Assembly: GCA_039589955.1 (NCBI GenBank)
Contig: JBDHGI010000003.1
Coordinates: 4,535 to 68,534 of the forward strand
DNA from: Gemmatimonadota bacterium
GTDB lineage: Bacteria > Gemmatimonadota > Gemmatimonadetes > Longimicrobiales > Gaopeijiaceae
DNA: 64,000 nt
Reading direction: 5' to 3'
Shown: positions 26,761-35,815 of the stretch, in pieces
How positions within the stretch are numbered: the stretch's first letter is position 1
Layout: every line of letters begins with the position of its first letter
Program-made: the position numbers and the translations under genes
Notes under the pieces: model-generated
The model's input: the letters and a program-made list of their open reading frames with translations, nothing else
What the model was told of the DNA's origin: nothing
Databases searched by the model: none

Positions 26761-27885
26761 TCAGCCTCTGGTGTGCCAGGCCGCCAGCGCCTCCGCCTCC
26801 CTCTCCGCCGAGATGCCCGCCCTCAGGGCCGCCTGTCGCTCCGGAGGCCGGGAGAAGTGGTAGTCGAGGGTTTCCTTCGCGGTGACCGCCAGGGGACGGA
26901 AGGTCAGCCCGGCCTCGATCTCCGGTGTCAGGTCGAAGCGGGCGAAGCCTTCCCGTCCAGGAGTTGGGGGCATCCACACCGGCAGGTGGGTGTAGGGCCT
27001 GAGCCCCAGCTCGGTCAGGAACTCGTAGCTCACCCAGGTGAACGTGGTCTCGGCGGTGGTGACGGCGCGGATACCGTAGAGGAGCTCCGCCATGGGTCGG
27101 GGCGTCCTCGGGCCAACGCCGTTGAAGACACCGACGGTTCCGTCCTCCGCCATGCGGATCATCCACTCGGTGAGGTCCCTCACGTCGATGATCTGCACCG
27201 GGTCGTAGGGATCGCCGGGAGCCAGGACCTCCCCCCCACGGTGGATCCTCACGGGCCAGTACGTGAAGCGGTCGGTCTCGTCCCCGGGGCCGATGATCAG
27301 GCCCGGACGGACGATGTTGGTCCGACCCACGAAGACCGCCTGCGCCGCCCGCTCCGAGAGGGCCTTCGCCAGGCCGTACGGCAGCTGCTCCGCCCCGGGC
27401 TCCACTCCTGCCGTCTCATACGTGTACGTGGGCGCGTCGGCCGTCATGGGGACGCGACTCGTGTCCGAGTAGGCCGACCGGGACGACACGTAGAAGTACC
27501 GGTCCACCGAGTCCTCCAGGAAGGCGGCGGACAGCTCCACCCAGTCGGGGCGGTTGGTGGAGTTGTCGATGACCACGTCCCAGGTATGTCCGCTGAGGGA
27601 TTCCAGGTCACCGTTCCGGTCGCCGATGAGGGTCTCCACGTCGGGGAACAGCCCCGGGTTGGTCCGCCCGCGGTTGAAGAGCGTCACGGTGTGACCCCGT
27701 CGGAGGGCGTATCGGACCTGGTGAGGGCCGATGAACCCGGTGCCTCCCAGGATCAGGATGCGCAGGGCTCGGGGAGTCCTTCCGACCGTGGGGCCGGCAC
27801 GCGTCACACCTGGCACGAGACCCAGGCCGAGCGCGCCACCGGCTGCTGCGGTGAGCTTCAGGAAGCCTCGACGATCGGTGCCCAT
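26761..27885 (-). CDS. Tat-exported NAD(P)-dependent epimerase/dehydratase-family (SDR) protein
   Basis: Twin-arginine signal MGTDRRGFLKLTAAAGGALGLG followed by a Rossmann motif ILILGGTGFIGPH. Confidence 0.85.
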   Translation of the reverse strand: MGTDRRGFLKLTAAAGGALGLGLVPGVTRAGPTVGRTPRALRILILGGTGFIGPHQVRYALRRGHTVTLFNRGRTNPGLFPDVETLIGDRNGDLESLSGHTWDVVIDNSTNRPDWVELSAAFLEDSVDRYFYVSSRSAYSDTSRVPMTADAPTYTYETAGVEPGAEQLPYGLAKALSERAAQAVFVGRTNIVRPGLIIGPGDETDRFTYWPVRIHRGGEVLAPGDPYDPVQIIDVRDLTEWMIRMAEDGTVGVFNGVGPRTPRPMAELLYGIRAVTTAETTFTWVSYEFLTELGLRPYTHLPVWMPPTPGREGFARFDLTPEIEAGLTFRPLAVTAKETLDYHFSRPPERQAALRAGISAEREAEALAAWHTRG

Positions 27886-28078
27886 GGGGTCCCTCCTCGG
27901 TTTGACAGGTCGATCCGGATCGGCCGTGATGCGCCATTATAAGGCTGCGGGAATGCGGCGGCACTCGGATGCCGTCGCCGTCGGAGGGCAGGCGGCATCG
28001 CCTCGGGGCTCCTTCCGGTGTACCATTCCGGGCAGGCCTGCCCCTCTGCTCCAGAGACCCCAGTGCCAGCAGACGACC

Positions 28079-28453
28079 ATGAGAAAGCCGGCCCTACCGC
28101 TCGTTGCCCTCGTCGTCCTTTCCGCCTGTGCGACCGGAGCGTCGTCGGGAACGTCCCTCAATGCGAACCGGATCAGTCGGGCGGAGATCGAGGAGGCCGG
28201 TCCGAGCAGCGCGTACGATCTCGTCCAGAAGCTCCGGCCGGTGTGGTTGCGCTGGCGCGGATCCACCAGCTTCACCCAGGAGACCGACGTCAAGGTGTAC
28301 CTGGACGGGACAGGGATGGGGGAGCGGGAGGCGCTTCGCACCATCGATTCCCACAACATCGAGAGCATCGAGTACCTCGACGCCAGGCGGGCCACGGCCC
28401 GATTCGGGTCCGGGCACGTGAACGGTGCCATCCTCGTCCGCACCCGAGGATAG
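28079..28453 (+). CDS. Small lipoprotein with TonB-receptor Plug-like C-terminal motif
   Basis: In-frame ATG at 28079: MRKPALPLVALVVLSAC-A. The C-terminus IESIEYLDARRATARFGSGHVNGAILVRTRG resembles the Plug-domain motif (IERIEVLKGP..ALYGS.A..GVI). Confidence 0.65.
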   Translation: MRKPALPLVALVVLSACATGASSGTSLNANRISRAEIEEAGPSSAYDLVQKLRPVWLRWRGSTSFTQETDVKVYLDGTGMGEREALRTIDSHNIESIEYLDARRATARFGSGHVNGAILVRTRG

Positions 28454-28461
28454 GGCCGAGC

Positions 28462-29487
28462 TTGTTCACCCGGTGTCTCTCGTGTGACATCCCGTTTCCC
28501 CGGACCGGACCGCTCGAGGGCTACTGCCTCGGCAGCGAGGTCGCCTTCGATCCGCAACGTGGTCGCCTGTGGGCCATATGCGGGGTCTGCCGCCGGTGGA
28601 CCCTGGTGCCCCTCGAGGAGCGGTGGGAGGCGGTGGAGGAGCTCGAGCGGCTGACCGGGACCGGGATGGGGGGCGCCGATGCTCCGAGGCTCCTATCCCG
28701 AACGGAGAACGTCGGCCTGTTCGAGCTCGGGCGCCTCAGGGTCCTCAGGGTGGGCCACACGAACCGGGACGAGGAGGCCTGGTGGCGGTACGGCCAGCAG
28801 CTTCGGCGGGACGACGTGCGGCGGCGAGCCCGCCCGTCCGGCAGGCCTCTCGCGCTGGCCACCGCGGTCGTCGCGAGAAGTCTGAAGTCGTTCGTCCGTG
28901 GCCTACCCGCGGTCGACCCGGCCGAGATCGATCGCTGGCTACGGTTCGGGGATCACGCTTGGAGAGGCCTCCGAAGCTGCTCTTCGTGTGGGCTCGTCCT
29001 CACGAGCTTGCCCTTCCACGACCGGAAGATCCTCGTGCTGACCCCCGTGGAGAAGGACGACGGGATTCCTCTCTTGTCCCGCAGATGTCCCCGGTGCAAG
29101 ACCGCGGAAGCCGGAGGGCTCCATCTGGACGCGAGGCAGTCCGAGCGCACGCTGCGACGGGTGTTGGCGTACGAGCACTTCGGTGGCGTCGCCGCGGAGC
29201 GGGTTCAGTCGGCTATCGCCCTCATCGACCGGGAGGGAAGGCCGTCCGCGCTGGCTGGAACCCTCGCGCGCTACGGCCGAACCCTCGGGGACCTGCCGGC
29301 GACGGGTGCCGTGGCCATGGACATCGCCGCGAACGAGGCCGCCGAGCGGGCGCTCCTGGCCCTCGAGACGTCCGTCCTGGAACAGTACTGGCGCGAGGAG
29401 GAGGAGCTTGCGGCCATCGTGGACGGAGAGCTGACGCCCGCGGGGCCCCTGGACCGACTCCGGCTGGCGGCGCTCGAAGGTTCGTAG
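28462..29487 (+). CDS. Hypothetical protein with two zinc-ribbon-like CxxC pairs
   Basis: Only the portion of track ORF 28018..29487 downstream of the previous gene is taken. The proposed TTG start is at 28462. Cys pairs: CLSC..(27)..CGVC and CSSC..(33)..CPRC. No family recognised and the start is uncertain. Confidence 0.5.
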   Translation: MFTRCLSCDIPFPRTGPLEGYCLGSEVAFDPQRGRLWAICGVCRRWTLVPLEERWEAVEELERLTGTGMGGADAPRLLSRTENVGLFELGRLRVLRVGHTNRDEEAWWRYGQQLRRDDVRRRARPSGRPLALATAVVARSLKSFVRGLPAVDPAEIDRWLRFGDHAWRGLRSCSSCGLVLTSLPFHDRKILVLTPVEKDDGIPLLSRRCPRCKTAEAGGLHLDARQSERTLRRVLAYEHFGGVAAERVQSAIALIDREGRPSALAGTLARYGRTLGDLPATGAVAMDIAANEAAERALLALETSVLEQYWREEEELAAIVDGELTPAGPLDRLRLAALEGS

Positions 29488-29841
29488 CGGCGGCCGGCGA
29501 TGCCGGAGCCGTCGGACGGAGTGGCCAGAAGGGTTGATCCGGGCGGCTTTCCGCTCCGGGCGCGGCGGCGCTTCTGCCGGCCGCTTGACCCCCGGAGTGA
29601 CCCCAGCGACCTTCCGGGCATCCCGCGTACCGGAGCCGTGAGACCACACGTGCGGCTCTCCCGCATCCGGCGTGACGCCCCATCGCGCCCACCGAATCCG
29701 AGAGGGTCCACGGAGCCATCCCTTGGCTCCGGGAGGGTCGGTGAGGTCGGCTCCAGACTTCGTGGAAAGCCCCCCTCGGTCTCGCCGTTCGACGCGTCGC
29801 CGCAGGAGAAGTCGCGTCCCCAGACATCAAAGGAGGAGACC

Positions 29842-30294
29842 ATGGGTGACAAGGAGCTTCGCGACCTCGTGCGGGCCTCTATCGAGGCGTTCAACGACGC
29901 TGATTGGGACCGCTGGCGCAAGCTACATGCACCGAACATCGTGTATGACGAGATCGCAACCAACCGCAGGCTGACCGGGCACACCGAGTGCGTGGAGGGC
30001 CTCAAGGGCTGGCGCCAAGCGTTCCCTGATCTGAAGGGGACCATCACGAACCTGGTGACCAGCGAGAACCAGGCCGTGGTCGAGGTGAAGTGGGAGGGCA
30101 CCCACAAGGGCGACCTCAAGACGCCCTTTGGGGTGATCCCCCCGAGCTACACGCACGACGTGACCCGTGCGATCCTCTTGTTGAAGGTGGAGAAGAACCT
30201 GATCGTCGAGGATCGCCACTACTTCGACTTCATGACCGTTCTGCGGCAGGCCGGCATGATTCCGGAGATGAAATCGAAGGCTGCGGGCGCCTGA
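29842..30294 (+). CDS. SnoaL-like ester cyclase / NTF2-fold protein
   Basis: ATG at 29842 preceded by AGGAGG at 29831-29836. IEAFNDADWDRWRKLHAPNIVYDE...GWRQAFPDLKGTI...VEVKWEGTHKGDL is typical of ester-cyclase/SnoaL proteins. Confidence 0.8.
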   Translation: MGDKELRDLVRASIEAFNDADWDRWRKLHAPNIVYDEIATNRRLTGHTECVEGLKGWRQAFPDLKGTITNLVTSENQAVVEVKWEGTHKGDLKTPFGVIPPSYTHDVTRAILLLKVEKNLIVEDRHYFDFMTVLRQAGMIPEMKSKAAGA

Positions 30295-30376
30295 CCCGCA
30301 TGATCCGACCAGGCCGGTCCGGTACCCTCCGCGGGAGGCGTGTCGGAGCCGGATCGGCCGGCCACCGGAACCGAAC

Positions 30377-31819
30377 ATGAGCCCCCCGGACGAACCTCGG
30401 ATCCCCGATTCGGAGCCCGCGTCGGAGACGGACGACCTGATCGGGTTGCTGTCCAGCAGGATCGTGGGGCAGCCCACCGCCCTGCAGGCGATCATTCCCA
30501 GCATCCAGCTGCACCGTTCCGGGCTCGCCCCCGAGGGGAGACCGGTGGGGGTGTTCCTGCTGTTGGGACCGACGGGCACGGGGAAGACGCGAACCGTGGA
30601 GGCGATCGCTGATGTCCTGCACGGTGACCCCCATCGACTACTGCGCATAGACTGTGGGGAGTTCCAGGCGGACCACGAGGTGGCCAAGCTCATCGGTGCG
30701 CCTCCGGGGTACGTGGGGCACGGAGACTCCAAGCCGAGGTTGACGCAGGGCAGCTTGGCCGAGGTGACGAGTCCGTCGAGCGATCTGGCTCTCGTTCTCC
30801 TCGACGAGGTCGAGAAGGCGGCTCCCTCCCTCGTGCAGCTGCTCCTGGGGATCCTGGATCGCGCCAAGCTGCGCCTCGGGGACGGCAACGAGGTGGACTT
30901 CTCCGACACGCTCATCTTCCTGACCAGCAACCTGGGCGCCCGGGAGATGCTGGACGAGATCCGACCCGGGCTCGGATTCGACGCATCTCAGGAGCGAGAT
31001 CCCAGGGAGCTGCGTGAGCGACTGGAGCGGATCGGCGTGCAGGCGGTGAGGAAGTACTTCAGCCCGGAGTTCCTCAACCGGGTCGACGCCGTGGTGACCT
31101 ATCGACCGCTGGACGTCGCCTCCATCGTCGCCATCTTCGACCAGCACGTGGCGGAGCTGCAGGAGCACGTTCACTCCCGACTGGGGGCGCGCTCGTTCGA
31201 CATCGAGATCGCGCCGGCAGCGCGGTTCTTCATGATCGACAGGGGCACCAGCCTGGAGTACGGCGCCCGGGAGCTGAAGCGGGTCATCCACCGGAACCTC
31301 ACGCAGCCCCTGGCCGCGCAGGTGGCGAACGGGCAGATCCCTCCGGGATCGAAGGTCCTCGTCGAGCTGAACGAGGAAGGAGACGCGCTGGTCCTCCGGT
31401 GCGAGGGCGGCGTGGACGTTCCGGAAGCCCGGACGGAGACCGTCCTGACGGTGGACGACAACGAGGATCTTCTGCGCTGGATGGAGCGGGCCCTCACCCA
31501 GGCAGGCTTCCAGGTCGTCGCCGCGCGTTCGGTGGAAGAGGCGGCCGGGATGGCCGCCGTGTCACGGCCGGACTTCGCGGTGCTGGACTACATGCTTCCC
31601 GACGGGGACGGAGCGTCCCTGGCGGCAGATCTCCGGCGGGACCATCCGCACATGGGAGTGGTCCTGGTGAGCGGAACCGACCTGGACGAGGAGGCGGTGG
31701 TCATGTGCCGTCGCCACCACGCCCGGCTGCTGAGGAAGCCGTTCCTGGCCGAGGAGCTCATCGCCACGATCCGGTCGCTGGGCACGAGGGTCTACCGGGC
31801 CGCCTCGGGAGGGAGCTGA
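30377..31819 (+). CDS. Clp/Hsp100 D2-type AAA+ ATPase fused to a C-terminal response-regulator receiver domain
   Basis: IVGQPTALQAI; Walker A LLLGPTGTGKTRT; APPGYVGH; Walker B LVLLDEVEKAAP; FLNRVDAVVTYRPL (D2-small domain). The REC part is TVLTVDDNEDLL...FAVLDYMLPDGDG...LLRKPF. Confidence 0.88.
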   Translation: MSPPDEPRIPDSEPASETDDLIGLLSSRIVGQPTALQAIIPSIQLHRSGLAPEGRPVGVFLLLGPTGTGKTRTVEAIADVLHGDPHRLLRIDCGEFQADHEVAKLIGAPPGYVGHGDSKPRLTQGSLAEVTSPSSDLALVLLDEVEKAAPSLVQLLLGILDRAKLRLGDGNEVDFSDTLIFLTSNLGAREMLDEIRPGLGFDASQERDPRELRERLERIGVQAVRKYFSPEFLNRVDAVVTYRPLDVASIVAIFDQHVAELQEHVHSRLGARSFDIEIAPAARFFMIDRGTSLEYGARELKRVIHRNLTQPLAAQVANGQIPPGSKVLVELNEEGDALVLRCEGGVDVPEARTETVLTVDDNEDLLRWMERALTQAGFQVVAARSVEEAAGMAAVSRPDFAVLDYMLPDGDGASLAADLRRDHPHMGVVLVSGTDLDEEAVVMCRRHHARLLRKPFLAEELIATIRSLGTRVYRAASGGS

Positions 31820-31945
31820 CGACTCCGGCACCGTGAGGGGAGGTGGGCGACTTCCGGACCGGGGCCCGCTCACCTAGCTTGGCGGCGCCCCCAAAGCCGT
31901 CGGGACGACGGCCTTGATGGACGAACCCATAACGAGGAATGGCCC

Positions 31946-32911
31946 GTGCGCCTCACCACCGTCGCCGGCTTCGCCCTTCTGGTCCTGGTCGCGTGCGGCG
32001 TAGAGGAGGATGGACGCCCCGGCGCGGGTGGTGAGGGGGAGTCAGCGGGACCGGCGGCCGCCACCCCGAAGGTCCTGGTCATCGGCATCGACGGCGTGCG
32101 GCCCGACGTCCTGGCCGACGTTCCCACGCCCAACTTGGACGACCTCGCGGCGGAGGGCGCTTACAGCGCCGAGGCGCGCACCGGGTATCCATCGGTGAGC
32201 GGGCCGGGCTGGTCGTCCTTCCTTGTCGGCGTGTGGCCCGACAAGCACGGGGTCACGGACAACACGTTCGAGGGCAAGCGCTATGATCGGTATCCCGACT
32301 TCCTGACCCGCATCGAGCACGTGCGGCCCGAGCTCTCGACCTTCGCTGTGGCGGACTGGCTCCCCCTCGTGGGCCACGGGGAGGGAGGACCGGTCATCAG
32401 CGACGCCGTGGACGAGAAGCACGTCCTGGACGGCTACGAGCTGGGGTGGCCGCAGGCGGATTCGCAGTCGGTGGCCCTCGCGGTAGAAGCTCTCACCAGC
32501 AGGGATCCCGACGTCCTCTTCGTGTACCTCGGCAATCCAGACGAGACCAGCCACCAGCACGGCTCCATCGGGCAGGAGTACCGCATGGCCCTGGCCCTGG
32601 CGGATCGTCACGTGGGGCAGCTCATGGCGGCGGTTCGCAGCCGCCCTGGCTACGCGACCGAGGACTGGCTGATCCTGTCGAGCACCGACCACGGCAGGCG
32701 GCCGGATGGGGGCCACGGGGGCGACACGCCCGAGGAACGGACCATCTACTACCTCGTCAGCGGTCCATCGGCGGCGCGCGGCGCGCTGGAGGGCCCCGTC
32801 GGTATCGTGGACGTCGCCGTGACGGCCCTTGCCCACCTGGAGATTCCCGTGGACGCCACCTGGGACCTGGATGGCAGGGCGGTGGGCCTGAACGGGCGAA
32901 GGGACCGGTAG
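31946..32911 (+). CDS. Nucleotide pyrophosphatase/phosphodiesterase (alkaline-phosphatase superfamily) lipoprotein
   Basis: GTG start. Lipobox LVLVAC-G. Motifs VLVIGIDGVRPD, YPSVSGPGWSS and STDHGRRPDGGHGG. Confidence 0.82.
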   Translation: MRLTTVAGFALLVLVACGVEEDGRPGAGGEGESAGPAAATPKVLVIGIDGVRPDVLADVPTPNLDDLAAEGAYSAEARTGYPSVSGPGWSSFLVGVWPDKHGVTDNTFEGKRYDRYPDFLTRIEHVRPELSTFAVADWLPLVGHGEGGPVISDAVDEKHVLDGYELGWPQADSQSVALAVEALTSRDPDVLFVYLGNPDETSHQHGSIGQEYRMALALADRHVGQLMAAVRSRPGYATEDWLILSSTDHGRRPDGGHGGDTPEERTIYYLVSGPSAARGALEGPVGIVDVAVTALAHLEIPVDATWDLDGRAVGLNGRRDR

Positions 32912-32914
32912 CCC

Positions 32915-33751
32915 GTGCGCGTCGAGAGCGTGCGGGTCGCCCTCGTCACCGATGTCTTCCCCGGCGAGGCGGGAGGTGCCCGCCTGTACGACCGGCTCCG
33001 GCAGGCGAGGGAGCGCGGAGCCGCCCTGGCCGTACTCCCCGAGCTGCCGCTGAATTCCTGGTCGCCGGCCACCAAGGTGTCCCGGGACGAGGACGCGGAG
33101 GAGCCGGAAGGGCCGCGTCAGAGGCTCATGGCACAGGCGGCGTCCGACGTCGGCATAGGGGTGCTGGGCGGGGCCATCGTCCGGGATCCGGAGACGGGCA
33201 GGCGCCACAACACGGCCCTCCTGTACGACGGGAGGGGGCGGTGCTTGGACCGGTACAGGAAAGTCCATCTCCCCGAGGAGGAGGGGTACTGGGAGACCAG
33301 CCATTACGAGGCAGGCGCCGCCGCGCCCCGGGTCGTGCGGGCCTTCGGGCTGGACGTCGGCGTGCAGGTGTGCTCAGACGTCAACCGCCCGACCGGCTTC
33401 CAGCTCCTGGCTGCCGCCGGGGTGGACCTCGTCTGCGCGCCCAGGGCGACGCCTCCGGAGACGTACGACCGCTGGCGGCTGGTCCTTCGGGCCAACGCCG
33501 TCATGGCGTGCGCCTTCGTCCTGTCCGCCAACCGGCCGAACCCGGGGGGGGACGCACCCATAGGGGGGCCGTCCCTGGCCATCGCCCCCGACGGTTCCGT
33601 CCTGGGGGAGACCACCGAGCCGGTGTTCGCGGTCGACCTCGACCGGACGATGCTCAGCACGTGCCGGGCCGACTACCCGGGCTACCTGCGGCGATTCCCG
33701 GAGCTGTACGCAGACGGGTGGCGAGATGTCGCCGGGTCGGGAGGCGTCTGA
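32915..33751 (+). CDS. Carbon-nitrogen hydrolase (nitrilase superfamily)
   Basis: E-K-C triad context: AVLPELPL, YRKVHLPEEEGYWE and GVQVCSDVNRP. Confidence 0.85.
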   Translation: MRVESVRVALVTDVFPGEAGGARLYDRLRQARERGAALAVLPELPLNSWSPATKVSRDEDAEEPEGPRQRLMAQAASDVGIGVLGGAIVRDPETGRRHNTALLYDGRGRCLDRYRKVHLPEEEGYWETSHYEAGAAAPRVVRAFGLDVGVQVCSDVNRPTGFQLLAAAGVDLVCAPRATPPETYDRWRLVLRANAVMACAFVLSANRPNPGGDAPIGGPSLAIAPDGSVLGETTEPVFAVDLDRTMLSTCRADYPGYLRRFPELYADGWRDVAGSGGV

Positions 33752-33764
33752 AGCTCCCGGCGCC

Positions 33765-35078
33765 TCAGGCCAGCTCGGCGATCACCTCCGCCAGGATGCC
33801 CAGGGCCCGCCGGGCCTCGCCTTCGGAGAAGACCAGCGGGGGGCGGAAGCGGACCGATCGAGGCCCGCTCGAGAGGACGGCGAGACCTCGTTCCCAGCAC
33901 CCCCGGACGAGCTTGGCGCGCAGGTCGCCGTCCGGAAGGTCGGCGGCGACGAAGAGCCCCTTGCCACGGATGTTCGAGATGATCCCGTGCCGCTCCGCCA
34001 GCGCGTGGAGTCCATCCATCAGCATGGCTCCCACCCGGGCGGCATTCTCCACGAGGCCTTCCTCGTGGATGATCTGCACGTAGCGGGCGCACCGGACCAT
34101 GTCCACCAGGTTGCCGCCCCAGGTGGAGTTGATCCGGCTCGACACGCGGAAGACGTTCGTCTCCACCTCGTCGATGCGGCGAGTGCTCATGATGCCACAC
34201 ACCTGCGTCTTCTTCCCGAAGGCGATCAGGTCCGGCGTCACCCCCGTCTGCTCGTAGGCCCACATGGTGCCCGTGGCGCCCAATCCCGTCTGCACCTCGT
34301 CGAAGACGAGTAGCGCATCGTGACGGTCCGCGTAGTCCCGGAGCTTCCCGAAGAACTCCGGCCGGAAGTGATGATCTCCACCCTCTCCCTGGATCGGCTC
34401 GATGAGGATGGCGGCGATGCCGTGGGGGTCCGCCGCGAAGGCCGCTTCGATCTGGGCGCAGGCCTCCGCCTCCCTGGCAGCCACCGCCACCTCGTCCATG
34501 GGGAACTCGATGTAGGGCGACGACACGCGTGGCCAGTCGAACTTCGGGAAGTCCCGGGTCTTGGTGGGATCGGTGTTGGTCACGGACAATGTGTATCCGC
34601 TCCGTCCGTGGAAAGCGTCCACGAAGTGGAGGACCTTGTCAGCTCCTCCCTCGATGCCCCGAGCCCGATTCTTCTGTGCCTTCCAGTCGAACGCCGCCTT
34701 CATGGCGTTCTCCACGGCCAGGGCGCCCCCGGCGATGAAGAACAAGTACCGGAACTCGTCCGGGACGGCCAGCTCCCGGAACGTCTTCACGAACCCGGCG
34801 AACTGCCGGGAGTAGATGTCGCTGTTGGCCGGATTCGCCAGGGCGGCCGTCATGAGAGAGCGACGGAAGCCATCGTCCTCCATCTTGGGATGATTGTGTC
34901 CCACGGGCAGGGTGGCGAAATACCCGTAGCAATCCAGGTACTCCTTTCCGTCCCGGGCGTCTACGATGGTCGACCCGTGGGACCTCTCGAGGTCGATGAC
35001 GACATGGAATCCGTCGACGAGGATGTTCTGTCTGAGGACGTCGAACACCTGGTCCGCTGGTACGGTGATCTCGGGCAC
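33765..35078 (-). CDS. lat: L-lysine 6-transaminase (class-III PLP aminotransferase)
   Basis: GTG start at 35078. ILVDGFHVVIDLERSHGSTIVDARDGKEYLDCYGYFATLPVGHNHPKM and VFDEVQTGLGATG...FGKKTQVCG match the Lat family as I remember it. Confidence 0.85.
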   Translation of the reverse strand: MPEITVPADQVFDVLRQNILVDGFHVVIDLERSHGSTIVDARDGKEYLDCYGYFATLPVGHNHPKMEDDGFRRSLMTAALANPANSDIYSRQFAGFVKTFRELAVPDEFRYLFFIAGGALAVENAMKAAFDWKAQKNRARGIEGGADKVLHFVDAFHGRSGYTLSVTNTDPTKTRDFPKFDWPRVSSPYIEFPMDEVAVAAREAEACAQIEAAFAADPHGIAAILIEPIQGEGGDHHFRPEFFGKLRDYADRHDALLVFDEVQTGLGATGTMWAYEQTGVTPDLIAFGKKTQVCGIMSTRRIDEVETNVFRVSSRINSTWGGNLVDMVRCARYVQIIHEEGLVENAARVGAMLMDGLHALAERHGIISNIRGKGLFVAADLPDGDLRAKLVRGCWERGLAVLSSGPRSVRFRPPLVFSEGEARRALGILAEVIAELA

Positions 35079-35343
35079 GTTGGCCTCCAGGGATGGGTGC
35101 GAGGGGCGCCGGCGAAGGCGGGCGGCTGTGGATGAAGAGTCGCGAAGCCGACGGGTGTCGGTGACGGGCTCAACCCCTGGAGGGATTGGGCGGGGCGAAG
35201 ATGCCGGGTCTCGCTTCGACGGGCCGCAGGGTCATACAGCAATCTAGAAACGGGGCGGAGGCGTGTCTAACGACGCGACGGGAACGAAAACGGGCCCCGA
35301 GGGGAAATACCTTGCCTGACCGCCAACCCAGCACCCGGCTCCC

Positions 35344-35778
35344 ATGATTCAGCTCCCATCCAGAATCGTCCTCATCGGGGCGTCCCTGGCCCTCGCGCCC
35401 GCCTGTGCCATCCTGCCGGACGATGATCCCCCGGCGGAAGGGAGGATCGTCGTGGAGGCGAGTCCCCAGGCTCCCCTCGAGCTCGTGGTGTCCACTGACT
35501 TCACCACACAGACCCGTGAGGACGGGTCCGTGGAGGTCAGGTTCGAGAGCTCGGACACCGTCGAGATCACCGGCCCCTTCGACGGGCGATACCGCCTCTC
35601 CCAGGCCGATGCGAGGATCGTGGCCGTCCTGGGGAACTACGGGGACTTCGATGAGCTCGTGCGTATGAGGGTCTTCCTGGACCGGAAGGCGGTGTACGAC
35701 GTCTCCGTCACCCTGACCAACGGCGGGTTCCTGCAGTACACCTACATCTACCAGGAGACGCTGTTCTCCGACAGCTGA
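35344..35778 (+). CDS. Hypothetical lipoprotein
   Basis: 144-aa ORF with lipobox LALAPAC-A. No recognised family. Confidence 0.55.
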   Translation: MIQLPSRIVLIGASLALAPACAILPDDDPPAEGRIVVEASPQAPLELVVSTDFTTQTREDGSVEVRFESSDTVEITGPFDGRYRLSQADARIVAVLGNYGDFDELVRMRVFLDRKAVYDVSVTLTNGGFLQYTYIYQETLFSDS

Positions 35779-35815
35779 TCATCAGCGGCGCGTCAGCGGC
35801 TTCCGCGCCGGGCGG

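Noticed and set aside
27902-27943. TTGACA (27902-27907) plus TATAAG (27938-27943) as a promoter for the 28079 gene
   Set aside because: The spacing is about 30 nt, far from the 16-19 nt expected for a sigma-70-type promoter. This is probably coincidental.
35079-35343. Lysine (L-box) riboswitch upstream of lat
   Set aside because: I could not see the conserved L-box helices or loop motifs by eye. It is retained only as a low-interest long leader.
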